A DNA stretch of 64,000 bases from Giardia intestinalis (Eukaryota), in NCBI GenBank assembly GCA_000002435.2, contig CM018793.1; one strand, given 5' to 3'. This document shows, one piece after another, positions 1-10,900 of this stretch. Position 1 is the stretch's first letter. Each line of letters begins with the position of its first letter. The position numbers and the translations under genes were made by a program. Below the pieces are notes generated by a model. It saw nothing but the letters and a program-made list of their open reading frames with translations. It ran no database searches and was not told where the DNA came from.

Positions 1-3000
1 CGGACCCCATGCGCCGGTGCTCTCCCCCTGGATCGCTCTCGTCCTTCGGTTATGCCCGTGACCCTTAGCTGTCGTGGGGGAGTTACACTCAGAGACAAAT
101 CCTCGGAGGATCTCGAGAGAAGATTGCATCAGTCACTAAAGTTCGTAGAAGGTGTGGATCAACAGAGACAGGCTCATGGGGCACTCTGATCTGGTGGATG
201 CATGGCGTTACTACTGGCCCCCTGTACTAAGTACCATTAGGGTTCTTCATTGCATGACAGAGTGGCAAGTAGAACTCAGAGACGGGTCAGCCCTCCCGTG
301 TCTAGTCAAGGGGAAGCACTGCCCAGACCGTGCTGTCTCCTGAGCTGATGGAGAGGACTCCCATCACCCCTTGAATTACTCTGATGCTACCGCTCTATCG
401 TACCAGAAGCACCCAGGCCTGCGGTACCTTGGTCTGTTGATGTGAGTGACACAGAGCTCTCTGTGTTAGGCTGTCTTCATGAGAGACGAGATCCAGAGGG
501 ACTGTGCTGGTTTGATAGCCAGTGACCAGGCCCATACTCAGCGTGGCCTCGTGTGGGTACCAGGGTAGTTGGGTGCCCATCCACTGATAAGGGAGTCGAA
601 CAACATTTAGCTGCTACTTTCGGGCCAATCTGTGTCTGATCATGGTAGATATGCCGATCGGTGCAAGCGTCCTACCTCTTGATTCATGCATCATGTCACC
701 TGGTAGAGGGCGTGGTATGGTTCTATACACCTCTCTGTGATGCTACTGCGAGAAGTAGATCCTTATTGTGTGGCTACGGAAGCCGAATAGTCTCCGAAGA
801 CACCATATCCTTGTGATCTCCAGCATGGCCCCGCTAGAGCCCAGAGCTCAATGTTCACAGGCCAGTGTAGGAAGTGAAAGTCTAGCAACACACACCTTGA
901 GCGGGAGTGCCACAAACATGCATCGGATACGATCCTGCCAAGAATCCTGTAGGAGGCTGTCCTGGACCTCAGTGGTTGGAGAATCTTCAATAGAAAAATG
1001 GCTACTGTACTCACTCATTCATTGTTGTGAAGGCTTCCTATCGATGTTTATTGATGCGGGCTGGATGACCTCTGTCCACCTGTAGGACTCGACTGCTGTG
1101 CGTTGTAGACGATCGACGAGACTGATATCGCCCTCCATCCGTTGGGTTTATACGAGTGGACGAACTCTGTAGCTGACTGGTTACTATAAGAAAGCCTGCG
1201 CCTATGAGGTCACAGCTTGCATTCGATAGGTAAAAGGCTCTATTGGGCCACAATGTTCCTTGCAGGCTCTGCGGGGCGTGTGGCTACCCCCACGCAACAA
1301 CTGAGATATAGCTCTGCCTAGCTGAGGCTTGCAGGCACGAGCACGGTACAGCTCCTTTCAGTTTATGAAGTCAAACACACTCCAGACGACGGAGATAGAT
1401 AGAGACCCGGATGCATCCAATGCTAGCCTGAGCTGTTCCAATCTTTACTATCCGAGGAATTAACAGGACCACAGAATGGCAGAGGCCTACCTCATGCTCC
1501 TGCTTAGAAGTCTGCGCCTTAGCGAAAGTACGCGTCACGGTCACTGCTGACTACCTGCTGGTGAGTTGTTATCTGCTTTTGAGACCATTAGTTGAGTTGC
1601 TAGTTAAATTGAGAAGCAATGACAGTATTACTCAGACAATGAGCCGAGAAAGCTGATGCTGGTTGTGTACCTCCCACGCTGAGCATACCCACTGTGCAGG
1701 GCAAAGGATCTAATGCCCTAAGTGGTCAGATGAAGCTAAGGCGCTTGTCAGTAACGATATGCATACGGGCTTCAGCCAGAGACTTACGAAGAAACGCTGA
1801 GGAGCCCAAGACCTGCCAGATCTGTATAAGGGACATAACGGATGCCCAGATGATAAATCTATTGACCCTTTTCCTTGGTAGACAGGAGTCTGGCTTGTAG
1901 TGGCCGTCTGCGTGACGTATGCCTTTACAGAACTGATGGAAGTACCCATTGATCTGGAAAGGTCATTAATAAATGGTTGCACGAGATAGGCAAGCAGAGA
2001 ACAGGAGTGGACCACACTATCCTGGCTGATGAGCAATCCAGACTATATAATACGTATACAATCCTTGGCCGAAGTGGAGATGCACCGTAGACTTAGCCAC
2101 GTGAGCTGAGAGCGCTGCTAGCGATCATCTGCCATGAGAAGACGCAGGTGAGAAATCTGTGGACAGCAACCACGCCGACTGGTACCAGCCTGCACAGCAT
2201 GCCTCTACAATAGATCCTCGCCAATATGCGGAGAGAAGGTAAACTTCTTCAACTTCAGACGAGGCAGGCCGCTGATAAATATTACGCTGTTAGGAATATA
2301 TAAAATCAAAAAGCAGCTTTCAACTTATCTGTAGACCCCGCGATCTTTACCACTCGGAGACCAGAGAGGCGCTACAGGCGTCTCTGCTGCAATCCGGGCT
2401 AGTAGCTGGCCTCTCTGACGCCAGTCTTACTTCACTGATTCGCTGGTCACCCTATATTCTCCATGCGGACCGGCTCTCCAGAAACCGTTATGCACGGATA
2501 GTCTTTTGAGTACCCGAATAACATCCTCATCCGCTGAGGTGTGTCACCAAGGACTAGATACCATAAGGTCAACGCAACCAGAGACAGGCCCCCTCGCAGT
2601 CCTGTCCAACACTAGCAGCGAGGATCCAAACGAGTACATAGATAAGTGAGGAGTGTATCATAGCTCAAACCGGTCATCGCACTAAGATCATAACAATCGA
2701 TGTATAGAGTTCTGCTTTTGGCTTATGTGTGGATTTATGTCTCACCTTGAAAGGCAGCAGATCGTTCTATGGCACCTTTCCTAGTGTTCAGTTGTCATTA
2801 CAACTGGTGAAATTGCAACCATAGAGACTGTATGCCTTCCTAGAAGAGTGTCCAGTGCGACTAACTGATATTCTTTATTAACAACAGGCAGGGTAGATAC
2901 TATAGTATCTACACCACCTACTAGGGCGGCGCATGGCCATGCATGCATCAGTAGAGAAGCTGCTGTAATCTCTGCTCAGTCTGTTGGGTAGATGCAGCCC

Positions 3001-5780
3001 CTCATCGCAGCAAACATGGTGGTGGGCAGGTCGCCTGTGTAAGCTAGCTGATCCGTCCATTCTGGTCTAGCTGCGTGCATTTGGAGGCTGTAGTGCACAT
3101 TCATGAAGACAACGCACCGTCTATACATACCATGCCTCGTTCTGTGCTATTCACAGGTCTTAGCGTCTCAGAAGTCAAGGCTAGTGCAGAATGCCCCAAA
3201 CTACCCATCTAGAGGGCCAAAGCTGATACCGCGCATAATACATCATCTTAGGGAGACAATGGCTGCCGTCATTGTTCCGGATTTTTTAGTGTCAGACAAT
3301 CGACCCCACGATGAGTTTACTCTTCGCAGCTTCCGTCTGCATATCGAAGCTGGCTTCTGGCTGCTCAGGCAGCGGATGAGGAGGTTGTACAAAGCGTCAG
3401 TCGCTGGGCTGCCTTCTATCCGCACATGGCCCTGAATGTAGCTCCCACCTATCCGAGACATATGCACTTCTAGAAAGTGATCGGGTAGCATCTAGAGCTG
3501 TTCATGATGGGCATGGTCATTATTCACTTAGCTCTGCCCTTTTCCCAACCATCAGGGGATACCTCCCTAGCTACATGCCCCGAAGTACTACATAATAATA
3601 GCAAAATGGCACTATCACTCTTTAAGCTTCCCTGACCTGTCGGCAGTGTGCCTCCCAACATCCAGTGCGGCACCACCGGATGAATCTATGCGGCTGTGGA
3701 TACCTTACAGCATCGCATTCATCTAGCTCACTGTATACCCTATTCTATCTGGGAGCAACCCAGTCGTGCACAGGAGCCCTTACCTCCCACCCAGGGCCCA
3801 GTCCAATGCTCAGTTGGCTCGGATGCCCTACTGCACCCTGTAAAGCCTCGTTGAGACCATAGATGTGGTGTGCTGCTGGGCGCACCATCCCACGTCGCGC
3901 TGCTATAGAACACTGGTTATCAGGCTGTCCATAGCCCACTACAGGAACTGTAGGACATGACCACACGTAGAGTGCCTGAGTCACTGTGTACGCTGTCCAC
4001 CGACGTGCCCTGGTACCTGCGGATGGAAACGCGTCGCTACGGCCACACGGGTATTTACACGTCCTAAAAGCTCTCATGCCATGCAGTACAGGGTCTGCTA
4101 CTTGGCATGGACCCTTCGATACCGAGACTCTAGAAGAGCATCCCAGGCACCTCCAGTCCTGTTCAGAGAGGAGGCACGCTACGAGAAAACTAGCTATTTC
4201 TCACTATTGTCTGATCTGGCTGGAAGTTCGCATGAAGATTCTCACCACGTGACCAGCACAATCTCCTGTCGTCCAGCCACGGTAACACTTTGGGGTATTA
4301 GAGTGCAGCTCACGTGTTACCTTTATCCCCTCTAGAGAGTCCAGGTTGTGAATGTTCTTGTAGGAGAGAAGCCCGTGACCCGAGGGCAGTTGTTCTTCAT
4401 CAAGGCGTCTTCGACGCACTTGACAATCTGATCCCTGTTAGAGGCCTTCTGGTGGCTGTTGCTCATATATCAACGACCCACCAGTCTGACAAAGCACACC
4501 TCATTTGCTTCACGAGGTGCTCTCGCCTCTTTTGACTGGGGTTCTATAAGAAGGGTCTTTATCATCCCTGAGCATGGCTATGGGGTGGGTGCTGAAAAGG
4601 ATGTCCCTCTCCTCTTCATTCCCATCCCTTCACGCAGTTACGCTCTACACTCGATGTTTGTGTTGCAGTGCACCTGGACGGCTCTCTGACCTCGGTGGGT
4701 TCAGTGCAGAACGAGCATATGCTCGAGTGACTACCATCTGGTGCCACATCAGCACAGAGTGTTTCGTTTTAGCCAGATGTCTCCTACTCGCCATTCTGGT
4801 GCTGAAGCATTTGGGGCAACAGATGATGGGGACTCCCCCAATCCTGGTATCCTCCAGCGTGTGAAACGCCCCCAGGTTCTTAAATGAGGCCTGAATTAGC
4901 TCTATGTCCCGTGTCAAGCTCTCACATGTGCACCTAAGGCTCCTGTTCTTGCTATGGTGTCGGAGCATCTCCCTCGAGAGACCAGCAGCATCCACAGTGT
5001 ATAGGTACGAGTCGGAGTCCATGCGGTCCTCACAAAGCATCAGCAGACGCATGACTCCTATCGGGGCAGTCAGTGACTGGAAGCCCTGCCTCCTCTGGAG
5101 CACAGGATCCGGGGAGAACGGAGCTCCATCACCTGTTCTTGTCTTGTCGATAACGAAGGCCATCTGTTCCAGGTCTTGATTACATAGCTCGCAGTCTACG
5201 TGTCGATTGCTGATCCCTATCGAGGTCTCCCAAGAGCAAGAGCTAGGAGTTGCATCTAAACGCCTCCAGAGGACTTGGAAGGCCTTCTGATCTCTCTCAG
5301 CGTCCTGGGGATGTTGGCGTAGGCGTCATCTGGTGCAGCATGATGTAACACAGCCTGTAAGCTATGGAGGTGTGGAAAGGGAAATGAAATGCCTTATTTG
5401 GCGTATGAGACTCCAGTTGAATGAGCCTGAGGCGGGAGGCTTCCCAGGACGCGGCGTTCGGTGCCTTGCCCGCGGCAAAGCTCTTCAGTCAGGAGGTGCA
5501 GGCGTGTCTTCCATAACTCCTGGCGCCATGGACAATACAATAGAGGCAAGGCGGGCCTCAAAAGGCGAGATAATGCGTTCATGAGCCACTTCCCATTTGA
5601 CGACTAGCCCAGCTGGGGAGAGGGTTCAGTGATAGCGGCAACCGTCTTAGAAGTCCGCCACACGCTTGCTCTTTAGTAGGGAGATCGACTGGGGCGGCGA
5701 GCGCGAGGGCCCTCTTCGCCTGCAGTACCATCATCCCGCCAAGTGTCTGCCGGATCCCGCTTCGAGTCGTTTCTATCGGC

Positions 5781-7817
5781 ATGCGGATCCGGAGGCTGCT
5801 GCAGGTGAGAGGGTCGGGTATCAGGTCGCCGCGGAAAATGGAAAGTGAATGTAAAAAATTACACATGGAGCCTCAAAGATTGTCCTTAGAGACATGGATT
5901 TTTCAGTTAGAGCAAGGGTATGATGAAGATCTTGCTAGTGTAGCACCAGAATATGTCAAGGCCAAAGGAGCTTCCGGGGAATCTAGCTTTTTACTCGCCT
6001 CTAACATGCGCGCATTTCGAGCTTTGAAATGCCTTCTTACTGCTCCACAGACTGCTCTATCACAAGATGAGCTAGAAACTATTCTCCGTACTACTATTTT
6101 CGAGGTGAATAATCGACTTGCCTTCAATTGTCTTCGTATTGTACTTGAGATAATAACTAACCAGGCTGAAGAACATGGAATCACTCTTCACTCGCATACT
6201 AGCGTACTGCAGGCACTCAAGATGGCAGAGACGCATGGGAACTATCGGGCGATGTTCTACCTTGCTTCCATTTTGGATGATGCACCTGCACTACTTCGAT
6301 ATTCCTATCTGTTCACAAAAGACCCACTGAGCTTACCAGTTCTTAAAAACTATGACTCAAAAGCCCAGTCTGTAGAGAAGGCTGAGGATCATCTCAACAA
6401 TTCTAAGTATCTCGCTAACGTACTTGAAAAGCTAGAACAGCCCGAGGATACTTCTACTGCCTATCAGCTTTCTCTTATTAATAGTGTATTATCGTTTTTG
6501 CAATCTATAATTGCGTGTCAGCAACCTTCTACCATATTCCCCAGAGTTGAAGAAGCCATTCATCAGCTACTGCAACGTGATTTGCCCGACACCCTAGGAA
6601 GAACCATCTTCTCTATAGTCTTATATTGCATACAAAGCCTGCATAAACGAGATAATATAGATAATAGTCAAATCACCACTACTAGCAACATCATGGATCC
6701 CCATATTTCCGTTGATACATTGCTTCAGTCTGACTCATTAAAAGATCAGCCATTCTCATGCACTGAGTCCTTCATCAATAAGAGAAGAGATGACAAGGGC
6801 ATCTTGTCTTACATAAAGACCCTTAACACTAAAATCTATACACATGAAGCAGAAATTCTACAATTACGGAAACAACTGGAGACGGTTAGATATAGACACC
6901 GGGAAGAGGCCGAGATCAATGGAAAGTTAAATACAGCCCTTTCTGAACAGTTAAAAGAGGAGATAGACAGGGCCATGATGCTGGAAAAGCAATCGTTGGA
7001 GAAAGATAAGGTGATTTTATCTATGCGTGAACTCTTAAAAGGCTGGATGAGGAACTTAAATACAGTACAGAGTAATGCAGATAGTAAAGCTAGTTGTGAA
7101 CTACTTCAAGATGGCAAGAATCTGTTGGGATACAATAGTGATGAGTTATTCGGCACCGGTACTAGTTTGAAGGAAAGTGCTGTGTTAGCAGAGAAGTACA
7201 TTGACTCTATGACGAGTAATCTTGCAGGTATTAACGATTCGCTGAAGAAACTTGACAATGAGAAGCAGTCCCTCTCTATGATGCAGAAGCACGTTCTTGG
7301 TCTGGAATATGAACAGGAGCAAATACTGAACAATAGAGATGACCTTAATACAGAGCTACTTGAAGCGGAGCTACGACACTATAGAAGGCTCTATTTCAGT
7401 CTAAAGGCACACTATGAAGCGATGGTAAACCTTTTACCAGGGGACGCAGCTGAATTGGCGAGCGATGTCCTAAATAACTTAATATTAGAAGGTAATGAAA
7501 GACATCTGGAATATTCTAGAGGTAGCAAAGACACTAGTGTTGAGCCGAGCGATGAACTAGGAGCATCTGGTCAATTATTTATGGATTGCAACTCTGCATG
7601 GAACGAACAAAACTCCACGTGGCGTAGATACATGAGTGATGGCGAATACCAACGCTATGTTGAACGTGCCGTGACTCCAACGGGCCTGTCCACAATCTTC
7701 CGGCATCAGACTGCGCCCGGCCCAGATTCTAAATCTGCCCAAATCCGGCCTTGGAGTGCAGTACTGCGTGGAGAGAACAAGGAAAGGAATAAAAGCGCTT
7801 CCAAAAGCTTCCACTGA
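5781..7817 (+). CDS. Hypothetical coiled-coil protein (678 aa as given). The start is uncertain and in-frame ATGs at 5838 and 5865 are better-placed candidates
   Basis: It is a long uninterrupted ORF with heptad-rich, E/K/Q/L-rich central and C-terminal regions. The ATG at 5865 sits in the AT-rich context 'gtaaaaaattacacATG' typical of diplomonad initiators. I recognise no enzymatic motif. Confidence 0.6.
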   Translation: MRIRRLLQVRGSGIRSPRKMESECKKLHMEPQRLSLETWIFQLEQGYDEDLASVAPEYVKAKGASGESSFLLASNMRAFRALKCLLTAPQTALSQDELETILRTTIFEVNNRLAFNCLRIVLEIITNQAEEHGITLHSHTSVLQALKMAETHGNYRAMFYLASILDDAPALLRYSYLFTKDPLSLPVLKNYDSKAQSVEKAEDHLNNSKYLANVLEKLEQPEDTSTAYQLSLINSVLSFLQSIIACQQPSTIFPRVEEAIHQLLQRDLPDTLGRTIFSIVLYCIQSLHKRDNIDNSQITTTSNIMDPHISVDTLLQSDSLKDQPFSCTESFINKRRDDKGILSYIKTLNTKIYTHEAEILQLRKQLETVRYRHREEAEINGKLNTALSEQLKEEIDRAMMLEKQSLEKDKVILSMRELLKGWMRNLNTVQSNADSKASCELLQDGKNLLGYNSDELFGTGTSLKESAVLAEKYIDSMTSNLAGINDSLKKLDNEKQSLSMMQKHVLGLEYEQEQILNNRDDLNTELLEAELRHYRRLYFSLKAHYEAMVNLLPGDAAELASDVLNNLILEGNERHLEYSRGSKDTSVEPSDELGASGQLFMDCNSAWNEQNSTWRRYMSDGEYQRYVERAVTPTGLSTIFRHQTAPGPDSKSAQIRPWSAVLRGENKERNKSASKSFH

Positions 7818-7853
7818 TTGAGTGGTACGTCTTCGAGTAGATTTTTTAAAGCC

Positions 7854-8909
7854 ATGAACTGTGAGGGCTGTGGTACTGGGACACCGATGATTAGGCACTC
7901 CATGACCCTTAAGCGCCTCTGCAGGAAGTGCTTTCTCCGTGCAATCGAAGATGAAGTTCAGCGAACGGTGGAGATGCACAGCCTGGTCCGTCCGGGCGAG
8001 AGCATCGCTCTTGGAGTGAGCGGAGGAAAAGACTCGAGTGTTATGCTTCATATTCTACACACCCTGCGGCTTCGTTGTCAGGATGTCTACGATGGTGTTC
8101 GCTTTGTTATGGTTGCAGTCAACGAAGGAATCCAAGGCTATCGCGGCGAGTCGCTAGCGTGTCTTCAGCGCCTCCATAAAAAGTATCCGTATGAGCTGGA
8201 GATAGTGGGCTTTGAAGAGCGATACGGACGTACGCTAGACCAACTTGTCAACACTGTGAACGGAAATTCATGCACTGATACATTTGCCCCACTTAAGGCC
8301 GATCTGGAGGACGTTAACGACACGGGCCGGCCACAGCCAACGGCGAAGACAGCAACTGCCTGCTCGTTCTGTGGTATCCTCCGACGAAATTCTCTTTCTT
8401 ACGGGAGTCTCCAGACACAATGTACAAAGGTGGCTACCGGGCACAATGCTGACGACAATGCCGAGACCGTTCTACTGAACTTAATCAGAGGTGACGCTGC
8501 AAAGCTAGTAAGGTGCAGCGAGCCATTATCTGACTTGAATCAAGGGGTGGCACGCATAAAGCCCCTCTGCAATATAGCACAGCGAGACATTGTCATATAC
8601 GCCCACCTACAACGCCTGGACTACTTTAGTGTGGAGTGTCCTTATGCAACAACGGCACTACGCGGTAAGCCAAGAAGCTTCCTAACCAACCTTTGTACCA
8701 GACCAGCGTACAGCGACGCGGCTCTTCGTATAATTCGGTCAACTCGGAAGCTGCGCCTTAAGACCACACATGAGACCCAGAAGCTCACTAGTCTTCATCT
8801 GTGCCCCTCGTGTCAGAGTCCTGTCTCCACAACTCGCTGCCAGTGCTGTGACATACGCACGGCAAAGACTGGGGACGACCTTAAGCGAGCCGCCAAGTGC
8901 AGGCCATAA
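7854..8909 (+). CDS. CTU1: Cytoplasmic tRNA 2-thiolation protein 1 (Ctu1/Ncs6/ATPBD3 family PP-loop ATPase)
   Basis: It has an N-terminal CxxC...CxxC zinc finger and the PP-loop SGGKDS. Blocks [29 protein letters not shown] and [18 protein letters not shown] align with human CTU1 blocks [29 protein letters not shown] and LYAHFRRLDYFSEECVYA. A C-terminal CPSC...CQCC finger is present. The ORF track begins at a TTG at 7818, and the first ATG is at 7854. Confidence 0.85.
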   Translation: [351 protein letters not shown]

Positions 8910-9039
8910 TCTAATCAGGGCGTCTAATTTACATTCGATTCACAATTGTTAACAGCTTACTCAAATGTTTACTATGGTTAGTATGATTAATATACTTAGT
9001 CTACGATCTTATGAATCAAGTAAACGCCGTCTTGTAAAA

Positions 9040-9061
9040 CGTACACCTGCAATAAAATAAA
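9040..9061 (+). promoter_or_regulatory. AT-rich initiator region directly upstream of the ATG at 9062 (diplomonad-type core promoter)
   Basis: The sequence 'aataaaataaaATG' abuts the start codon. Giardia promoters are short A/T-rich elements within about 50 bp of the ATG. Similar A-rich contexts lie upstream of 14875, 37682, 49907 and 62681. Confidence 0.4.
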
Positions 9062-10645
9062 ATGATCAATTTAAAGGACAAAGCAGAGCAACTGATAAAC
9101 GACTGGCTGGACCTGGACTTCTGGCCGGCCACTAGGGCCAAAGCACTGGAGATGCTCGCTAATGAGTCGTATGCCCAAATACAAAAAGACTTCGATCCAC
9201 GAAACAGGCTTGAGATACAATCTCATGGCCTTCAGGGGGATTATGGGCCCGGCTTCAATAAGCTTAACGAGCTTGTGATTGCTCAGACGGCGCAGTCAAT
9301 CTATTACTATTGTCTAAGAGTTATTGGAGAAACAGAACTCAAAATACACGGTATTGGAATAGGTTATGATTGGTCTCCACATGCCAAGGACTTTGCCAAG
9401 GTAAGCGCTGCGGTGTTCTTACTGTACGGGGTGCGGGTCTATATGGTCAGCGAGCCGGTATCCGCGTCATATGCTGAACACCTGAACAAGCATTACATGT
9501 GTGGGTGCGGATTTATGGCCACGGAAACACACATCTCGCGCACAGAGTGCCGGTATATTATCTACGGAATTGGCTATGGCTCTGCTCTTTCTGCGCCGCA
9601 CAGCACAAATGTGAGCGAAATGATTTCAGCAAGCAATAGCCACATTTTTGTCCCTCATCCGGGGCTCAAGTCACTTGACAAAGTTCTGGAAAAGGGGATC
9701 GAAACACGCCTTCTTGTAATGGTTGACCAGGAGCATGAGGTGTCAAAGGTCTATCATAAAAAGCTCAGGCTTCTGAAATATTTCGATCGAGAATATCGCG
9801 AAAAGACTAAGCGGAGCTTCCGGATAGGGTGTTTCCTAATAGGATTGTACGATATCTGCAAGGTGACCAATATTCTTCAGAATCTATTTCAGTTTTCGAC
9901 GGATGCAATACAGTCTCGTTTCGTCTTTCTTGAGAGTGTTCAATCTAATGCTGTGCCCCCAGAACAGTGCATTGCTACCGCTTGCAAACAAGCTAATATA
10001 ATCAATTCCCGTGCAGAAGCCGACCGGGTACCTCCAATTAAGATTATCATATCTATAGATATTAACGCAGAGGCGATTTGTTTAGCAGAACTGATTGATT
10101 CCCCTTCATCCTCTGCACATTGCCAACCACAGTGGCACATCTATCGCAAGGAAGATATCAACACCTTTGCCATGAATTGGTGTGTAGAAAACCTCAATGG
10201 AAATCCCACGGTTCTGGCACGTCTGAAGAAGCACAGACTTACCTATGGATGCAGCACATATCCACCTAGTCACTCTATACAGACTGACAGTCCGAAACTC
10301 ATAGCAGCTCAATGCAGTGGTGCAGCTTGCAAGAGTGACTCTAGCAATAGCAGACACCCATGGGGCCTTTCCAGAGAAGAAGAGGAGGAGACTGAATGCG
10401 GCGCGGTGTGTGGGCGGTACCAAGGATTCCAGAACACAGCTGAGGAAATTATCACAGCAAGAGACGGAGCAATAACATTCGGCGTTCTCGCAGAGCTACT
10501 AATAGATCTGTATGAATTTTCTGGAACTGGAATTAACATTAGGAGGCCAGCTAACGAGCAACGCAGCTCCAATACGTTTGGTGGATATCTTAGCAGCTTT
10601 ACCCAGGGTATCACGCCACAAGCATGCCAAGTTGAAAGCGTTTAG
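9062..10645 (+). CDS. Phosphoglucomutase-2/phosphopentomutase (PGM2) family protein with substituted catalytic motifs, a probable pseudo-phosphomutase
   Basis: The N-terminus aligns block by block with PGM2. 'RLEIQSHGLQGDYGPGFNKLNELVIAQTAQS' matches '[31 protein letters not shown]', and 'GIGIGYD...VRVYMV' matches 'GIVISFDAR...IPVYLF'. The phosphoserine loop TASHNP is replaced by TETHIS, and the metal-binding DPDADR by DINAEA. Confidence 0.55.
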   Translation: MINLKDKAEQLINDWLDLDFWPATRAKALEMLANESYAQIQKDFDPRNRLEIQSHGLQGDYGPGFNKLNELVIAQTAQSIYYYCLRVIGETELKIHGIGIGYDWSPHAKDFAKVSAAVFLLYGVRVYMVSEPVSASYAEHLNKHYMCGCGFMATETHISRTECRYIIYGIGYGSALSAPHSTNVSEMISASNSHIFVPHPGLKSLDKVLEKGIETRLLVMVDQEHEVSKVYHKKLRLLKYFDREYREKTKRSFRIGCFLIGLYDICKVTNILQNLFQFSTDAIQSRFVFLESVQSNAVPPEQCIATACKQANIINSRAEADRVPPIKIIISIDINAEAICLAELIDSPSSSAHCQPQWHIYRKEDINTFAMNWCVENLNGNPTVLARLKKHRLTYGCSTYPPSHSIQTDSPKLIAAQCSGAACKSDSSNSRHPWGLSREEEEETECGAVCGRYQGFQNTAEEIITARDGAITFGVLAELLIDLYEFSGTGINIRRPANEQRSSNTFGGYLSSFTQGITPQACQVESV

Positions 10646-10900
10646 ATAAGGACCTAAATCTCCAATGATTCCTTTTGAAAAGGAAAACAACCCCTGTCAG
10701 TTAAGTTTGGCAGACTAATATGCTGTAATGAGAGGAAGTATGCTACTTACTGTGGTCCAGCATGACTCTCACAGGGTGATGCAGGGACAATTCTTTTGTG
10801 GCGTTCAGCCCGTTCTTGAAAACAGCTTACAGCCAATTTTCTTTAACAAGCAAAGTTTAGAATAATTTATTGAATAAAAGATATGTTGCAGAGTGCTTAC

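Noticed and set aside
1-600. GC-rich left edge considered as possible rDNA fragment or structured RNA
   Set aside because: Giardia rRNA is about 75% GC and I see no match to the SSU/LSU conserved cores I can recall. The GC content here is only about 54%. Without a search I cannot support an RNA gene call.
560-680. Motif 'GGGAGTCGAAC', which resembles the reverse complement of a tRNA T-loop (GTTCGACTCCC)
   Set aside because: I tried folding the surrounding sequence on the minus strand. No 5-bp T-stem partner, acceptor stem or anticodon arm could be formed, so it is not a tRNA.
8910-9061. AGTAAAC at 9019-9025 as the poly(A) signal of the Ctu1 gene
   Set aside because: It lies about 110 nt after the stop, which is longer than typical Giardia 3'UTRs. 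It could equally be fortuitous in an AT-rich spacer, so it is not listed as a feature.
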